This document shows, piece by piece, positions 1 through 9,971 of a stretch of DNA of 64,000 bases. The stretch spans positions 160,001 through 224,000 of the forward strand of contig CAWBOS010000001.1 of assembly GCA_963790475.1 (NCBI GenBank), written 5' to 3'. The notes under the pieces were generated by a model. The model was not told the origin of the DNA and searched no databases. It saw nothing but the letters and a program-made list of their open reading frames with translations. Position numbers and translations under genes: made by a program. The stretch comes from an uncultured delta proteobacterium (GTDB lineage: Bacteria > Desulfobacterota > RBG-13-43-22). Numbering within the stretch: the stretch's first letter is position 1; every line of letters begins with the position of its first letter.

Positions 1-261
1 TTTTGGGGGTTAGCGATAATCTTGGCTGCCAGGTGCAAATTTTAGGACTGGAAATTAATAGCCCCCGTTTATTAATAAAAAATCAGTTGGGATTTTTTTT
101 GGTTTGGAAGATAATCTAAATTTAAGATAAATGAGTTGTTATTAGAAAAAAATGATCGGGGTCGGGTTTCCGTTGAACATATTATGCCCTGTGCTTTGAC
201 GGAAATTGATATTGGTGAGCTTACCAAGGAGGATTGAAAGCTCAATCTGCTCAGGATTCTC

Positions 262-531
262 GTGGATAAAGGCGCTGAGGTCAATGTGGCGAACCAGGAG
301 GGGATTACAGCTCTTCACCTTTCGTCAGGTAATGGTGCGATCGAATGTGTTCAGTTCCTGATAAATCGCGGAGCCGATGTAACACTCCAAGCGAAAAACG
401 GAATGACGGCCATGGACATGGCCTTGAAGAATGGTCATGAAGAGACAGCCGAGATATTGAGGGAGGCGATGAAGAAGCAGGAAAGTTGGAAAGCGGGGTC
501 GGACCAGGCGACCGATTCCGTCCATCCGTAA
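262..531 (+). pseudogene. Ankyrin-repeat protein, C-terminal fragment (5' truncated)
   Basis: GAEVN..GITALHLS..G..ECVQFLINRGADV..GMTAMDMALKNGH ankyrin consensus; begins mid-repeat, with an in-frame TGA at 235-237. Confidence 0.7.
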
Positions 532-590
532 AAGAGCGGCGGTTTAATTTTACCGTTCAAATGAAAAACCCACTGACGAAGAAGGACGAG

Positions 591-708
591 GGTCGGTCAG
601 GTCTTGAATTGCATCACATAGCTCAAAGGTCAAAGCTGATAGGACATAGGTAAGAGCTTAAGCCGATTAAGGAGAAAAGTGATGACTTCATAATTTAAGA
701 TGTGACCC
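591..708. repeat. Imperfect inverted-repeat element (GGTCAGGTCTTGAATT ... AATTTAAGATGTGACC), MITE-like remnant
   Basis: 16-nt imperfect inverted repeat about 100 bp apart in an intergenic region. Confidence 0.45.
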
Positions 709-791
709 TCGTGTTTTTCATCGTCCCTATCCCTAAGGCTTGACCGCCGATTGATGTTCGAGGTAAGATAAACAAAGCCTTAGGAGTCCTT

Positions 792-1370
792 ATGCTGAAA
801 AAAATAATGGTCGGGGCCTTCCAGGCCAATTGCTACATCCTGGGCCATCCCGGAAGCCGGGAAGGGCTAGTGATCGATCCCGGGGCGGAACCCTGGCGCA
901 TCATACAGGAGATTACCAGGAGCAGTCTGAAAATAATCTACATCCTGATCACCCACGCCCATATGGACCACGTAGGAGGCGTTGGCGAACTCCGCCGGAT
1001 CACCAAGGCCCCGGTCCTCGTCCATGCTCTTGATGGGCCGGGATTGGACGCCCGCCCGGATGGAACCCTTACTGACGGACAGGAGATCACCCTGGGGACT
1101 TACCGGATAAAGGTCATTCACACCCCCGGACATTCTCCGGGAGGGGTATGTTTTCAGACCCCGGGTGCGGTCTTTACCGGGGACACCCTCTTCGCCGGGT
1201 CCATCGGCCGGACTGATTTCCCCGGAGGTGATCATCAAGGATTGATTCAGGGAGTGGTCAGGAAGATCTTTCCCCTGGGAGACGACCTGCGGATCTATCC
1301 GGGACACGGCCCGGCCTCGACCATCGGCCGGGAGCGTCGGACTAATCCCTTTTTCAGAGGGTATAGTTAA
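792..1370 (+). CDS. MBL-fold metallo-hydrolase (glyoxalase II-like)
   Basis: THAHMDH, HTPGHSPG, GDTLF, PGHG motifs; RBS AGGAG. Confidence 0.92.
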   Translation: MLKKIMVGAFQANCYILGHPGSREGLVIDPGAEPWRIIQEITRSSLKIIYILITHAHMDHVGGVGELRRITKAPVLVHALDGPGLDARPDGTLTDGQEITLGTYRIKVIHTPGHSPGGVCFQTPGAVFTGDTLFAGSIGRTDFPGGDHQGLIQGVVRKIFPLGDDLRIYPGHGPASTIGRERRTNPFFRGYS

Positions 1371-1443
1371 GTTTTAAAGGACGTTGTTTCTGAGGCAATC
1401 AAATAAATAAATGAATTTAATAGTTCAGAAGGAGGAGATTACT

Positions 1444-2595
1444 ATGAAAGCAGAAGACGTAAAAACGATCGCCATGATCGGCGCGGGTGACATGGGTCAC
1501 GGAATTGCCGCTGCCTGTTTGATGGGCGGCTATAGAGTATTTTTACGCGATATCGATCAGAAGTTTGTAGATAAGGGAATGGCCGGCATCAAGGCCAGTT
1601 TTGATAAATTCAAGGAAAAGGGCCGAATGACGCCGGAGGCTTATACCGACGCCTTTGCCCGTCTGATCCCGATCGTCGATTTGCAGACGGCGGTGAAGGA
1701 CGCCGATTTTGTCATTGAAGCCGTTCCCGAAAAGCTGCAGCTCAAACAGAGCGTTTTTGCCGACCTGGACAAGTTCGCGCCCAAACAGGCCATTTTGGCC
1801 TCAAACACCTCCAACATCAGTATTACGGACATTGCTTCCGCTACACAGAGACCGGACAAGGTAATCGGCTATCACTTTTTCAATCCGGCCATCCTGATGA
1901 AACTGGTTGAAGTGACCAAGGGCCGGAAGACCTCCGATGAGTCCATCCAGATCGGCTATGATATTGCAAAAAAAATCGGTAAGGTCCCGGTCATTGTGAA
2001 AAAGGACTCGCCCGGCTTTATTTACAACCGGGTTAACGAGCCAACCCTGCTCTTGCTGTCCAAGATTCTGGAAGCGGGACATCCCACACCGGAAGAATTC
2101 GACGCGGCTCTCAAACCCATAATGCCCATGGCGCCGTTTGAGCTGATAGACTATGTCGGTATCGATATCGCCGTCCATGGCCTGGAATATTTTGCCGAGG
2201 TCCTTTCCAAAGAATACAAACCATCCGAGGCGATCCTGTCTTACCTGAAATCGGGGAACCTGGGCAAGAAGACCGGCAGGGGCGTATATGATTGGTCCAA
2301 GGGCCGGCCCATGATCGATCTGTCCAAGGCAACCAAGGAATTTGACCTTAATCATATGGTTGCCCTCCAAGTCAACGAAGCCACCAAGCTTATAGAAGAG
2401 GGCGTGTGCGACGATCCGAAAGAAATCGATCTGGCCATGGCCAACGGCGGCGGCTCGCCCTTCGGTCCCTTTGCGCTGGCGCAAGGCATTGGTTACCTTG
2501 TGCTCTTGGCCAAGCTGGATGAGTTATACAACAAATTCAAACTGGAGATATTCAAACCGACCAAGACGATGCAGGCCGGTCAGATCAAGGTCTGA
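1444..2595 (+). CDS. 3-hydroxyacyl-CoA dehydrogenase
   Basis: GAGDMGHGIA Rossmann motif, IEAVPE, SNTS, HFFNPA; RBS AAGGAGG before ATG 1444. Confidence 0.93.
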   Translation: MKAEDVKTIAMIGAGDMGHGIAAACLMGGYRVFLRDIDQKFVDKGMAGIKASFDKFKEKGRMTPEAYTDAFARLIPIVDLQTAVKDADFVIEAVPEKLQLKQSVFADLDKFAPKQAILASNTSNISITDIASATQRPDKVIGYHFFNPAILMKLVEVTKGRKTSDESIQIGYDIAKKIGKVPVIVKKDSPGFIYNRVNEPTLLLLSKILEAGHPTPEEFDAALKPIMPMAPFELIDYVGIDIAVHGLEYFAEVLSKEYKPSEAILSYLKSGNLGKKTGRGVYDWSKGRPMIDLSKATKEFDLNHMVALQVNEATKLIEEGVCDDPKEIDLAMANGGGSPFGPFALAQGIGYLVLLAKLDELYNKFKLEIFKPTKTMQAGQIKV

Positions 2596-2615
2596 GTAAG
2601 CAGTGTCCGCTATTC

Positions 2616-2652
2616 CGGTCGTGGAGATGACGCTTTCATCCCCACGACCGAA
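2616..2652 (+). terminator. Stem-loop after the dehydrogenase gene, probable terminator
   Basis: CGGTCGTGG..GATGA / TCATC..CCACGACCG inverted repeat. Confidence 0.5.
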
Positions 2653-2764
2653 CTATGAATTAAAATAGGAATAAAGGGAAATTTTCTTCATTCTCAATAG
2701 AGTTCAAATCTTTAGTTAAAAAATAAACCAATAAGAACGATGAATTAAATTTTTTTAGGGATTG

Positions 2765-2779
2765 TGGCACCGGATTTGC
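2765..2779 (+). promoter_or_regulatory. Sigma-54 -24/-12 promoter
   Basis: TGGCAC-CGGAT-TTGC matches the consensus TGGCAC-N5-TTGC, in an AT-rich region. Confidence 0.7.
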
Positions 2780-2881
2780 TTAATACTTATAATTAATTAG
2801 ATGATTCGGTGATCCAATCAAAGAGGCAGCAGAGGTCTAATAAAGCAAATTCAATAAATTTATAATTGAAGGTTAAAGTTA

Positions 2882-3073
2882 ATGGAGCTATTAAAAAAGA
2901 CTGAAGGCACTGGTGAGAAGATAGAGGCATTAAGAAGGGCCTTAATCGGTATTAATAATAAGAGGAGGGAGGCTTTCTTATTACTGAGTGCAATTCCGGA
3001 AGAATATCTGCCTGATATGGTGGAGCATCTTTGGATCCTGAATGGGCTCAATAAAACAGAGAGAATGAATTAG
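2882..3073 (+). CDS. Small hypothetical protein (63 aa)
   Basis: ORF directly downstream of the sigma-54 promoter; helical composition. Confidence 0.45.
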   Translation: MELLKKTEGTGEKIEALRRALIGINNKRREAFLLLSAIPEEYLPDMVEHLWILNGLNKTERMN

Positions 3074-3216
3074 GGATGAGAAATATCTTCCTTGAATTCC
3101 GAAAGTTTTTACCCTGTTGAAAAAAGGCAAGAATTCTTCCTGCATTCTTCCATCGGCAAGGTCGGGGTTTTTCTTCGTCCTTAGATTCCACGATTTCTTT
3201 CCCTCCTGCCCGGCCA

Positions 3217-4158
3217 TTACAATTCATCCAAAACCTGAATGTTTTCCTTAAGCTCCTCGTAAGTGGCCATCGCTACTGCTGTTGTGCCGATAAACGAATG
3301 GTTTAAAACCCATCTTAAGGCGGACCGAAAAGAAGGCTTTTTTTCATCCGGAAAGGCATACGGTCCTGCCGAACAGGTTTTCATGGCGACAATTCCGATG
3401 TTGTTCTTCTCGGCTCTTTGAAGTTCTTTGATCATGCTCGGCTGATTCCATTCGGAGTAACGCCCTGTTTGGGAATGGACTAAGGACCCTTTGTGATTGA
3501 AGGTGGCCATGATGACATCATAAAACAGTTTCTCATTATTAGCTCTTATCATATCAGTCTGATTAGTATGCGTGGAAAATCCACAGGCCCGGATCTTTCC
3601 GGATGTTTTCGCTTTTTCAAAACATTGGAACACCACATCATGATAAATCAAATCGGTCGATTCGGAGTCATGAATCAACATGACATCAATATAGTCTGTC
3701 CGGAGGGCCTTCAAGCTTTGATCAATGGATGAATCCATTTCTTTTTTTATTCTTTCTGCAACCTCAACGGTCTGAATCGATTTCCCCCCGTTACGAATTC
3801 TCAATTTTGACTGAATAACTACCTTATCCCGCATGTTTTTTGTAACTTCTCCAACCATCTCCTCATTTTTTCCATTAAAGTAATGTCGTCCCGTATCAAT
3901 AAAATTCAGGCCTTTTTCCAATCCAATTTTTAAGAGCGCATTATCCAGTGAACGCGTTGCCCCAAAACCAACAGGCCTGACCTGGATCCCCGTTCTTCCC
4001 AGTTTTCGGGCTGCCCCTTTTTCTGAATACCCATAATTTATTGGAAAACTGCTCGCCACCCCTAATCCAATTAATCCTGCGGCTGTTTGTTTTATGAACC
4101 TTTTACGCGAAATTCCATTTTCTTTTTTTGATTCCAGGCGGTCTTTCAATATTCCCAT
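3217..4158 (-). CDS. Aldo/keto reductase with Tat-like N-terminal signal
   Basis: RKLGRTG, FIDTGRHY, SLKALRTDYID, GIVAMK; N-terminal SRKRFIK followed by a hydrophobic stretch. Confidence 0.88.
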   Translation of the reverse strand: MGILKDRLESKKENGISRKRFIKQTAAGLIGLGVASSFPINYGYSEKGAARKLGRTGIQVRPVGFGATRSLDNALLKIGLEKGLNFIDTGRHYFNGKNEEMVGEVTKNMRDKVVIQSKLRIRNGGKSIQTVEVAERIKKEMDSSIDQSLKALRTDYIDVMLIHDSESTDLIYHDVVFQCFEKAKTSGKIRACGFSTHTNQTDMIRANNEKLFYDVIMATFNHKGSLVHSQTGRYSEWNQPSMIKELQRAEKNNIGIVAMKTCSAGPYAFPDEKKPSFRSALRWVLNHSFIGTTAVAMATYEELKENIQVLDEL

Positions 4159-4239
4159 CCCCCATCATAATAAAAAGAGTTGATCTGTAGCCGGTAAACC
4201 GTTTTCATTCTGTCTCTTATCTTTCCCCTTTTTTTCTCC

Positions 4240-4292
4240 TTGATCATGTCTTTTGGTTATTTTATACTTTCGCCATGAAGAAGCAACTTCTT
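4240..4292 (+). promoter_or_regulatory. Repeated sigma-70 promoter/leader module (copy)
   Basis: TTGATC-17-TATACT followed by TTCGCCATGAAGAAGCAACTTCTT. Confidence 0.65.
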
Positions 4293-4318
4293 ATTAATTG
4301 GAAAGGAGGAACTAAGGT

Positions 4319-5020
4319 ATGAGTTTGCCAGATATGCTCGGCAGAGTGTACGGAATCGCCCTAAGGCGGTTCGTCGCAACGGGACGGGCTCCGCACTACA
4401 CGGAGATCGCTGAGGAGGCGGGCGTGCCGGTGGAAGAAGGGCGTAAGGCTCTCCATGACCTGATCGATGCGGGAATTCCGGCGATGTGGCTGTATCCCGA
4501 GACGGACCTCATTTGCAGTATCGCGCCCTTCAGCAATCTCCCGACACAATACCGGATCAGCGTCGAGGGCGTGCAGAAATGGTTCGGCCAGTGAGGGTTC
4601 GAATCGCTGGCAGTTAGCTGGCTTTATCCCGGGAAAGTGGTCCGAATCGATGCGCCGTGTCTCGACTGCGGTTCACCGATTCGTGTGGAGATGAAGGACG
4701 GTGCTGTACTGAAAGAGGAGCCGAAGGGAATCATGGGATATGTCGCCGTTCCATTTTCCAAATGGATGCAGGGGTTTCCCTATGCCTGAAGCACCATGAA
4801 CCTCTTCCGGTCGGAAGAGCACATCAGGAGCTGGTCCCGGTTCGTCCCCGCTGCGGAACAAGGCATCGTCCCACTCGCGAACTTGGTCATGCTGTTCTCC
4901 CTGGATATGTTTAAAAAACGGCTTGAACCCGATTACATTGCCCGCAGTGGTCAGTATGTAGGAGAATTCCTATCGGCCATCGCTGAACTGGCCAAAACGA
5001 GACCCTTCTGGCAGATGTGA
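4319..5020 (+). CDS. MerB (organomercurial lyase)-like selenoprotein, 233 aa, Sec at codons 92 and 157
   Basis: One continuous frame through TGA 4592-4594 (WFGQ-U-GFES) and TGA 4787-4789 (PYA-U-STMNLF); both fall at the two catalytic Cys positions of MerB; a hairpin follows each. Confidence 0.88.
4802..4819 (+). promoter_or_regulatory. SECIS-like hairpin for the second UGA
   Basis: CTCTTCC-GGTC-GGAAGAG perfect 7-bp stem starting 12 nt after TGA. Confidence 0.75.
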
Positions 5021-5102
5021 AGGACTTTGGTCTGGGGGAATGAGTCGGTCACTTAAAATTCGTACCAAAAAAATAAAACAATAAGTGGCCTAGGTACACA
5101 CC

Positions 5103-5132
5103 AAAGGCAGGGTCAAACGGTCCTGCCTTTCT
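5103..5132 (+). terminator. Stem-loop, probable intrinsic terminator
   Basis: AAAGGCAGG...CCTGCCTTT followed by CTT. Confidence 0.55.
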
Positions 5133-5320
5133 TACACACAGTTCGAACGGTAATCGATAATTTTTGGAACGATCGCCTTATAGTAATTGTAGGTGAAGTC
5201 TCAAGAAGAGTAATCTTGACCCAATCTGTCAAGCCAACTTCTGTTCAGGAGAAATTAGGATTTGAATCTAACAACACCAAAGCTCATTTGCCTTCAAATT
5301 TGTTGCGGGTTCAAGAGGCC

Positions 5321-5827
5321 ATGAAACCGACACGCGTGTTCATTCACGGATTGGAAAGCTCGAGCCGGGGAACCAAGGGTGTATTTTTCCATGAACGATA
5401 TCCCGACATGATCATCGAGGACTATTTCGGTTTATTTTCCCAGCGGATGGAGAAGCTCGAGGGGCTTCTGGCCAGGGAGGACCATCTTATCCTCGTCGGA
5501 TCCAGCTACGGAGGGCTGATGGCTGCCGTGTATGCCTGTCTGCATGAAGAACGGGTAAAAAAACTCATCCTTCTCGCGCCGGCCCTGAACTCAGAGCCAT
5601 ATCAACCCTGTCTGAAAAAGAAGTTGTCTATGCCCATCACCCTGTTTCACGGCCGTCAGGACGATGTGGTGCCCTTGGCGCCGGTCCGGGCTATCGCCGA
5701 GCGGTGTTTCATGAATCTCAAATTCAACGCGGTAGAAGACGATCATTTTCTGCAAGATACCTTTCCAACCCTGGAGTGGGATAAACTCCTCAGTCTTCAT
5801 AGTGAAACGGAGGACGACCTTAAATAA
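5321..5827 (+). CDS. YqiA/UPF0227-like alpha/beta-fold esterase
   Basis: FIHGLESS, GSSYGG nucleophile elbow, HGRQDDVV, DDH. Confidence 0.88.
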   Translation: MKPTRVFIHGLESSSRGTKGVFFHERYPDMIIEDYFGLFSQRMEKLEGLLAREDHLILVGSSYGGLMAAVYACLHEERVKKLILLAPALNSEPYQPCLKKKLSMPITLFHGRQDDVVPLAPVRAIAERCFMNLKFNAVEDDHFLQDTFPTLEWDKLLSLHSETEDDLK

Positions 5828-5888
5828 TTCAATTGGCTTAAAAAGGGTCTATGATCGGATATTTTTTGAGTATCTTCAGAGAAAAACC

Positions 5889-6341
5889 ATGAATGACTAT
5901 CATCCAAACCGCAAAGAATACGATCCACGAATGCATTCTGCCGAGCATATTTTAAACCAAACGATGGTGCGACTGTTCAACTGCGGGAGAGCGTTCAGTG
6001 CCCATATCGAAAAGAAAAAGTCGAAATGTGATTATCTCTTCGATCGGAATCTTACCGAAGAGGAAATTTGGGCCATTGAAAATAAAGTCAACGAAATTAT
6101 TCAGGCTGATCTTCCAATCAGGGAACACCTTCTGCGCCGTGAAGAAGCCAGCAAAGTCGTTTCACTGGCTAAACTTCCAGACGATGCGGGAGAGGGCGTG
6201 CGAATTGTCAGCATTGGTGATTATGATGTATGCCCTTGCAGTGGCCGGCACGCTTTGACAACGAGAGAAATCGGAACATTCAAGATCATATCCGGTGCTT
6301 ATGCAAATGGCAGCTTACGCATTAGATTTAAACTGGTGTGA
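5889..6341 (+). CDS. AlaX-like stand-alone tRNA editing domain protein
   Basis: HSAEH (HxxxH) and CSGRH (CxxxH) zinc ligands, VRIVSIGDYD. Confidence 0.85.
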   Translation: MNDYHPNRKEYDPRMHSAEHILNQTMVRLFNCGRAFSAHIEKKKSKCDYLFDRNLTEEEIWAIENKVNEIIQADLPIREHLLRREEASKVVSLAKLPDDAGEGVRIVSIGDYDVCPCSGRHALTTREIGTFKIISGAYANGSLRIRFKLV

Positions 6342-6424
6342 GTCATAAATACCTGAAATCGAGGTCAGGTCTCATGAAAAAAATAATTTATTTATCAGCC
6401 CAATATATTAATGGTTTCAGTCTG

Positions 6425-7711
6425 ATGGATCATCGCACCATTAAGATTGAGGGGAGATCTTATCCAGAAAAATATAATAGTGAAGGTCAAAAGGAAAAAG
6501 ATTTTAAGATTTACGGCTACCGATGGGTAATTCTTCTGCTTTTTATTATTATCAACATATTGATGCAGCTTCAGTGGATAACCTTTGCCCCAATCGCCAG
6601 TGAGGCGAAACAATATTATAACGTTCCTGCCCTGCAAATCGACCTCCTTTCTCTGATCTTTATGATCGTTTATATTTTCGTATCCATTCCGGCATCGTAT
6701 ATCATTGACACCCGGGGCATCCGGATCGGCATCGGAACCGGTGCTGCCTTTCTGGGTATCTTTGGAATGATCAAAGGACTCTACGGCGCAAGCTATGAAA
6801 TGGTGGTCATCGCCCAGATCGGGATTGCGGTCGGACAGCCTTTCATTCTGAATGCCGTCACCAAGGTGGGGGTCCGATGGTTTCCCCTGAATGAGCGGGC
6901 GACCCAGGCGGGCCTGGCCGTGCTGGCGCAGTTCGTGGGGATACTTCTGGCGATGGCCCTTACACCGGCTCTCTTCAAAGCATACGGACTGGAAAAGATG
7001 CTGATGATCTACGGAGTGGCCGCCCTTGCCGGTGCCGTGATCTTTATTCTTTTCAACAGGGAATGCCCCCTTACACCTCCCTGTCCTCCCGGCCATGATG
7101 AGCGTATTCCGGTTTTCAACGGACTCAAACACATCTTCAAGCAGAGAGACATGATCTTACTCATCCTCGTGTTCTTCTTAGCGCTGGGGATCTTCAACGC
7201 GGTTGCGACCTGGGTGGAGCAGATCGTTAGCCCGCGCGGATTCACCATTGCCCAGGCCGGGGTCGCCGGAGCGATCATGATGTCAGGCGGCATTGTCGGC
7301 GCGATCATCCTACCGCCTCTTTCCGACAGACTGCGAAAGAGAAAGATCTTTCTTGTCCTCTCGATGATCGGCGTTATTCCTGGTCTCTTGGGAATGACCT
7401 TCACCGGCAGTTATGGACTTCTTATCGCCTCAAGCTTCATATTCGGTTTCTTTCTCATTGGGGGCGGGCCTATCGGCTTCCAGTACGGCGCTGAAATATG
7501 CTATCCGGCGCCTGAGGCCACTTCGCAGGGCCTGCTTCTCCTAGCGGGGCAGATTTCGGGCATCCTCTTCGTCTTCGGCATGGACATGGCAACGGAGCCG
7601 GGTGCCCCTAAGACACCGGCCATGCTCCTCTTCATAGTGTTCGCGGTGGTCTGTGTCCTCCTTGAGCTGATGCTCAGGGAATCCAAGTTGGTAACAACAG
7701 ATGACATTTGA
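6425..7711 (+). CDS. MFS transporter (FLVCR/SLC49-like)
   Basis: About 12 hydrophobic segments, YRWVIL, WFPLNERA, AEICYPAPE; start uncertain (6338-6425). Confidence 0.88.
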   Translation: MDHRTIKIEGRSYPEKYNSEGQKEKDFKIYGYRWVILLLFIIINILMQLQWITFAPIASEAKQYYNVPALQIDLLSLIFMIVYIFVSIPASYIIDTRGIRIGIGTGAAFLGIFGMIKGLYGASYEMVVIAQIGIAVGQPFILNAVTKVGVRWFPLNERATQAGLAVLAQFVGILLAMALTPALFKAYGLEKMLMIYGVAALAGAVIFILFNRECPLTPPCPPGHDERIPVFNGLKHIFKQRDMILLILVFFLALGIFNAVATWVEQIVSPRGFTIAQAGVAGAIMMSGGIVGAIILPPLSDRLRKRKIFLVLSMIGVIPGLLGMTFTGSYGLLIASSFIFGFFLIGGGPIGFQYGAEICYPAPEATSQGLLLLAGQISGILFVFGMDMATEPGAPKTPAMLLFIVFAVVCVLLELMLRESKLVTTDDI

Positions 7712-8008
7712 TATTCCGGGGGATGGCCAAGAAACTCTTCAATACGCATAAGCAATAAAATTTTCTTTGGGGATTGACTTGAGAAGATTTTTCTGATACG
7801 TTCAAAATTACAATTCTAAGAAATGAAAAACCTCAAAAAGTAACCTTTATCAAGTTCGCAAGAATTTCAACCCTGCTTTTAAATTTTAGGGGGCCGCTTC
7901 TTCGGCCCGTTCGAGGCGACAGATAAGCCCCACCTTTTTTTCGTAATTCATATTTGAGCCTAACCATCGGTATATGATATTTATGAGATAGGCCCAGAAA
8001 GGTGAACC

Positions 8009-8449
8009 ATGTCAGTAATAAATTTTCTGAAAAAAACAGCATACTGGACTGGAGTTTTCCTTTGCATTTTCTCCATCAGTAGGGCATCGGTGTCGCTCGG
8101 CGGTCAGTCCGCAGGAATTGTTCAAAGCGTGAAAGTGACTGCCGGCTGGTATGGATTAAGACATCACAAAAAGCCCACGGCCAATGGACAGAGATTCGAC
8201 ATGTACAAAAACACCCTGGCCCACAGGACATTACCCTTAGGGACTAAGGTCCGGCTTGTCACCCTGGATAATAAAAAATCCGCTGTAGGGGTGGTCAATG
8301 ACCGGGGCCCCTTTACCAAAGGCCGGGACTTGGATGTCTCCTATGCGATGGCCAAGCAACTTGGCTTCGTCAGGAAAGGAGTCGTGAAGCTCTACCTAAG
8401 TACCTTGGAAGGAAATGAGGGAAATAGGGAATCAGGCCAAGGGGGTTGA
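8009..8449 (+). CDS. rlpA: RlpA-like (DPBB) lytic transglycosylase family protein
   Basis: WYG..H...TANG..FDM....AHRTLPLGT, VNDRGPF..GR.LDVSY; signal peptide. Confidence 0.85.
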   Translation: MSVINFLKKTAYWTGVFLCIFSISRASVSLGGQSAGIVQSVKVTAGWYGLRHHKKPTANGQRFDMYKNTLAHRTLPLGTKVRLVTLDNKKSAVGVVNDRGPFTKGRDLDVSYAMAKQLGFVRKGVVKLYLSTLEGNEGNRESGQGG

Positions 8450-8455
8450 AATAAT

Positions 8456-9139
8456 ATGGGCACCACTATTCACCGCATCCCAATGGGAGTAGGTAATATC
8501 TATATTCTCAGAGACCGGGGCACTGTGGTCATTGACGGTGGCGCCCCTAAAAAGGACAAAGTCTTTTTAAAAAATCTCGAAAAAGCCGCTATTAAACCCG
8601 ATGAAATAAAGTGCATTATTCTTACTCACGGCCACTGGGATCATATCGGATCTGCCGCCGATATTAAAGAGATTACCGGAGCCAAGATCCTTATGCACGA
8701 AGAAGAAAGAAAATGGCTTGAAACGCCTCTAAAAAAAATGCCTCCCGGCGTGACCCCCTGGGGGAAAATCCTGAGTTCCATTCTCTCGGGCCTGACGCTC
8801 CCGTTTATCCTTATCAAACCGGCGAAGGTCGATATCGCCGTTACGGACGATGAATTTTATCTGGAGGATTACGGGATTCCTGGCAGGATCGTTTATACCC
8901 CGGGACACACAACCGGATCGATCAGTATCCTCCTGGATTCGGGTGAGGCCTTTGTGGGAGACCTGGCCATGAACGCCTTTCCCTTACGCACTTCGCCCGG
9001 ATTGCCGGTTTTTGCGGAAGATATGCCCGCCGTACTCGCCAGTTGGAAAAGGCTCCTGGACAAGGGCGTAACAACGATCTACCCCGGCCACGGGCGGCCT
9101 TTCCCTGCAGAAATCATAAAAAAGGCCATAGGCTATTGA
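8456..9139 (+). CDS. MBL-fold metallo-hydrolase
   Basis: THGHWDH, TPGHT, GD, YPGHG. Confidence 0.9.
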   Translation: MGTTIHRIPMGVGNIYILRDRGTVVIDGGAPKKDKVFLKNLEKAAIKPDEIKCIILTHGHWDHIGSAADIKEITGAKILMHEEERKWLETPLKKMPPGVTPWGKILSSILSGLTLPFILIKPAKVDIAVTDDEFYLEDYGIPGRIVYTPGHTTGSISILLDSGEAFVGDLAMNAFPLRTSPGLPVFAEDMPAVLASWKRLLDKGVTTIYPGHGRPFPAEIIKKAIGY

Positions 9140-9196
9140 AAAAAAAGGACAGTGGGAGTTCACTTCCCTTTTTAAGTTCTTACCAGGAGAATGCTT

Positions 9197-9302
9197 ATGA
9201 ATGATCAGCGCGTTCAGGTTCCTCAAAAGGCCTGGTACGGAGACTCGGAGATTGAATTGAGTTTTCCTGAAGACTGGCAGGTAAAATACCAGGCCATGCC
9301 GG
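9197..9302 (+). pseudogene. N-terminal remnant resembling lactate racemase (LarA)-domain proteins
   Basis: RBS AGGAG, then VPQKAWYGDSEIELSFPEDWQV; similarity lost after about 35 codons. Confidence 0.5.
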
Positions 9303-9357
9303 TTGAAAAAAGACCCAGGGCAAGTCATCAGAGGTTATCTCCACCGAGCAGAACGCC

Positions 9358-9936
9358 GGGGCAGCGGCCCTGATGGCCGAGTACAACGGTCTGGACCGGT
9401 ATCCGCATATTCAGGAAAAACTGGCCTGGCTGGCCATGCACGCCAAGATTGTCGACGTCATGGCCCAGGCCGGATGCGAGCACCCGACCGTCTATCCGGA
9501 TATTAATCTGGTGGCGCCCAACGTCATGTACACCAATATTGCCAAGTACATGTTTGCCAATGATCAGCATGAGACATCAAAACTGGTCGGGGACATCACC
9601 GGCGGGATCGCCTCCACCGTGTTCACCTACAAAGACTGGATGAATCCTGAGGAAAGACCCCATATCGAGAAATACCTGGCCGGAAAAGACGGCATCCCGA
9701 CCGAAGACCGGCTGAAAGCCATTCGGATGGTCAAGGATCTCATCGGCCACGGCCACGATAATGTAACCATTCATGCGGAAGGCTCTTTGGCCTCCCAAAA
9801 GATGATGATCTATTCCTCGGCAGAATGGAAAAAATACAAAGCCATTGCCAAGAGGATCGCCGGAATTAAGGGTTGGAGAGAGGACGCCCCGGATATGGCG
9901 GACTTGCCGGACTGGCCGGGTGAAAAGATTATTTAA
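9358..9936 (+). pseudogene. C-terminal fragment of a 4-hydroxybutyryl-CoA dehydratase / HpaB-family flavoprotein
   Basis: GAAALMAEYNG, HIQEKL, DITGG, KYLAGKDGIPTEDRL, HAEGSLASQK; N-terminal half absent. Confidence 0.75.
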
Positions 9937-9971
9937 GGATTATTAAGGGGAACAGAAAATAGATTGCATTT

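Noticed and set aside
5018-5020. Third Sec at the terminal TGA of the MerB-like gene
   Set aside because: Read-through adds only 11 unremarkable residues and no clear hairpin follows.
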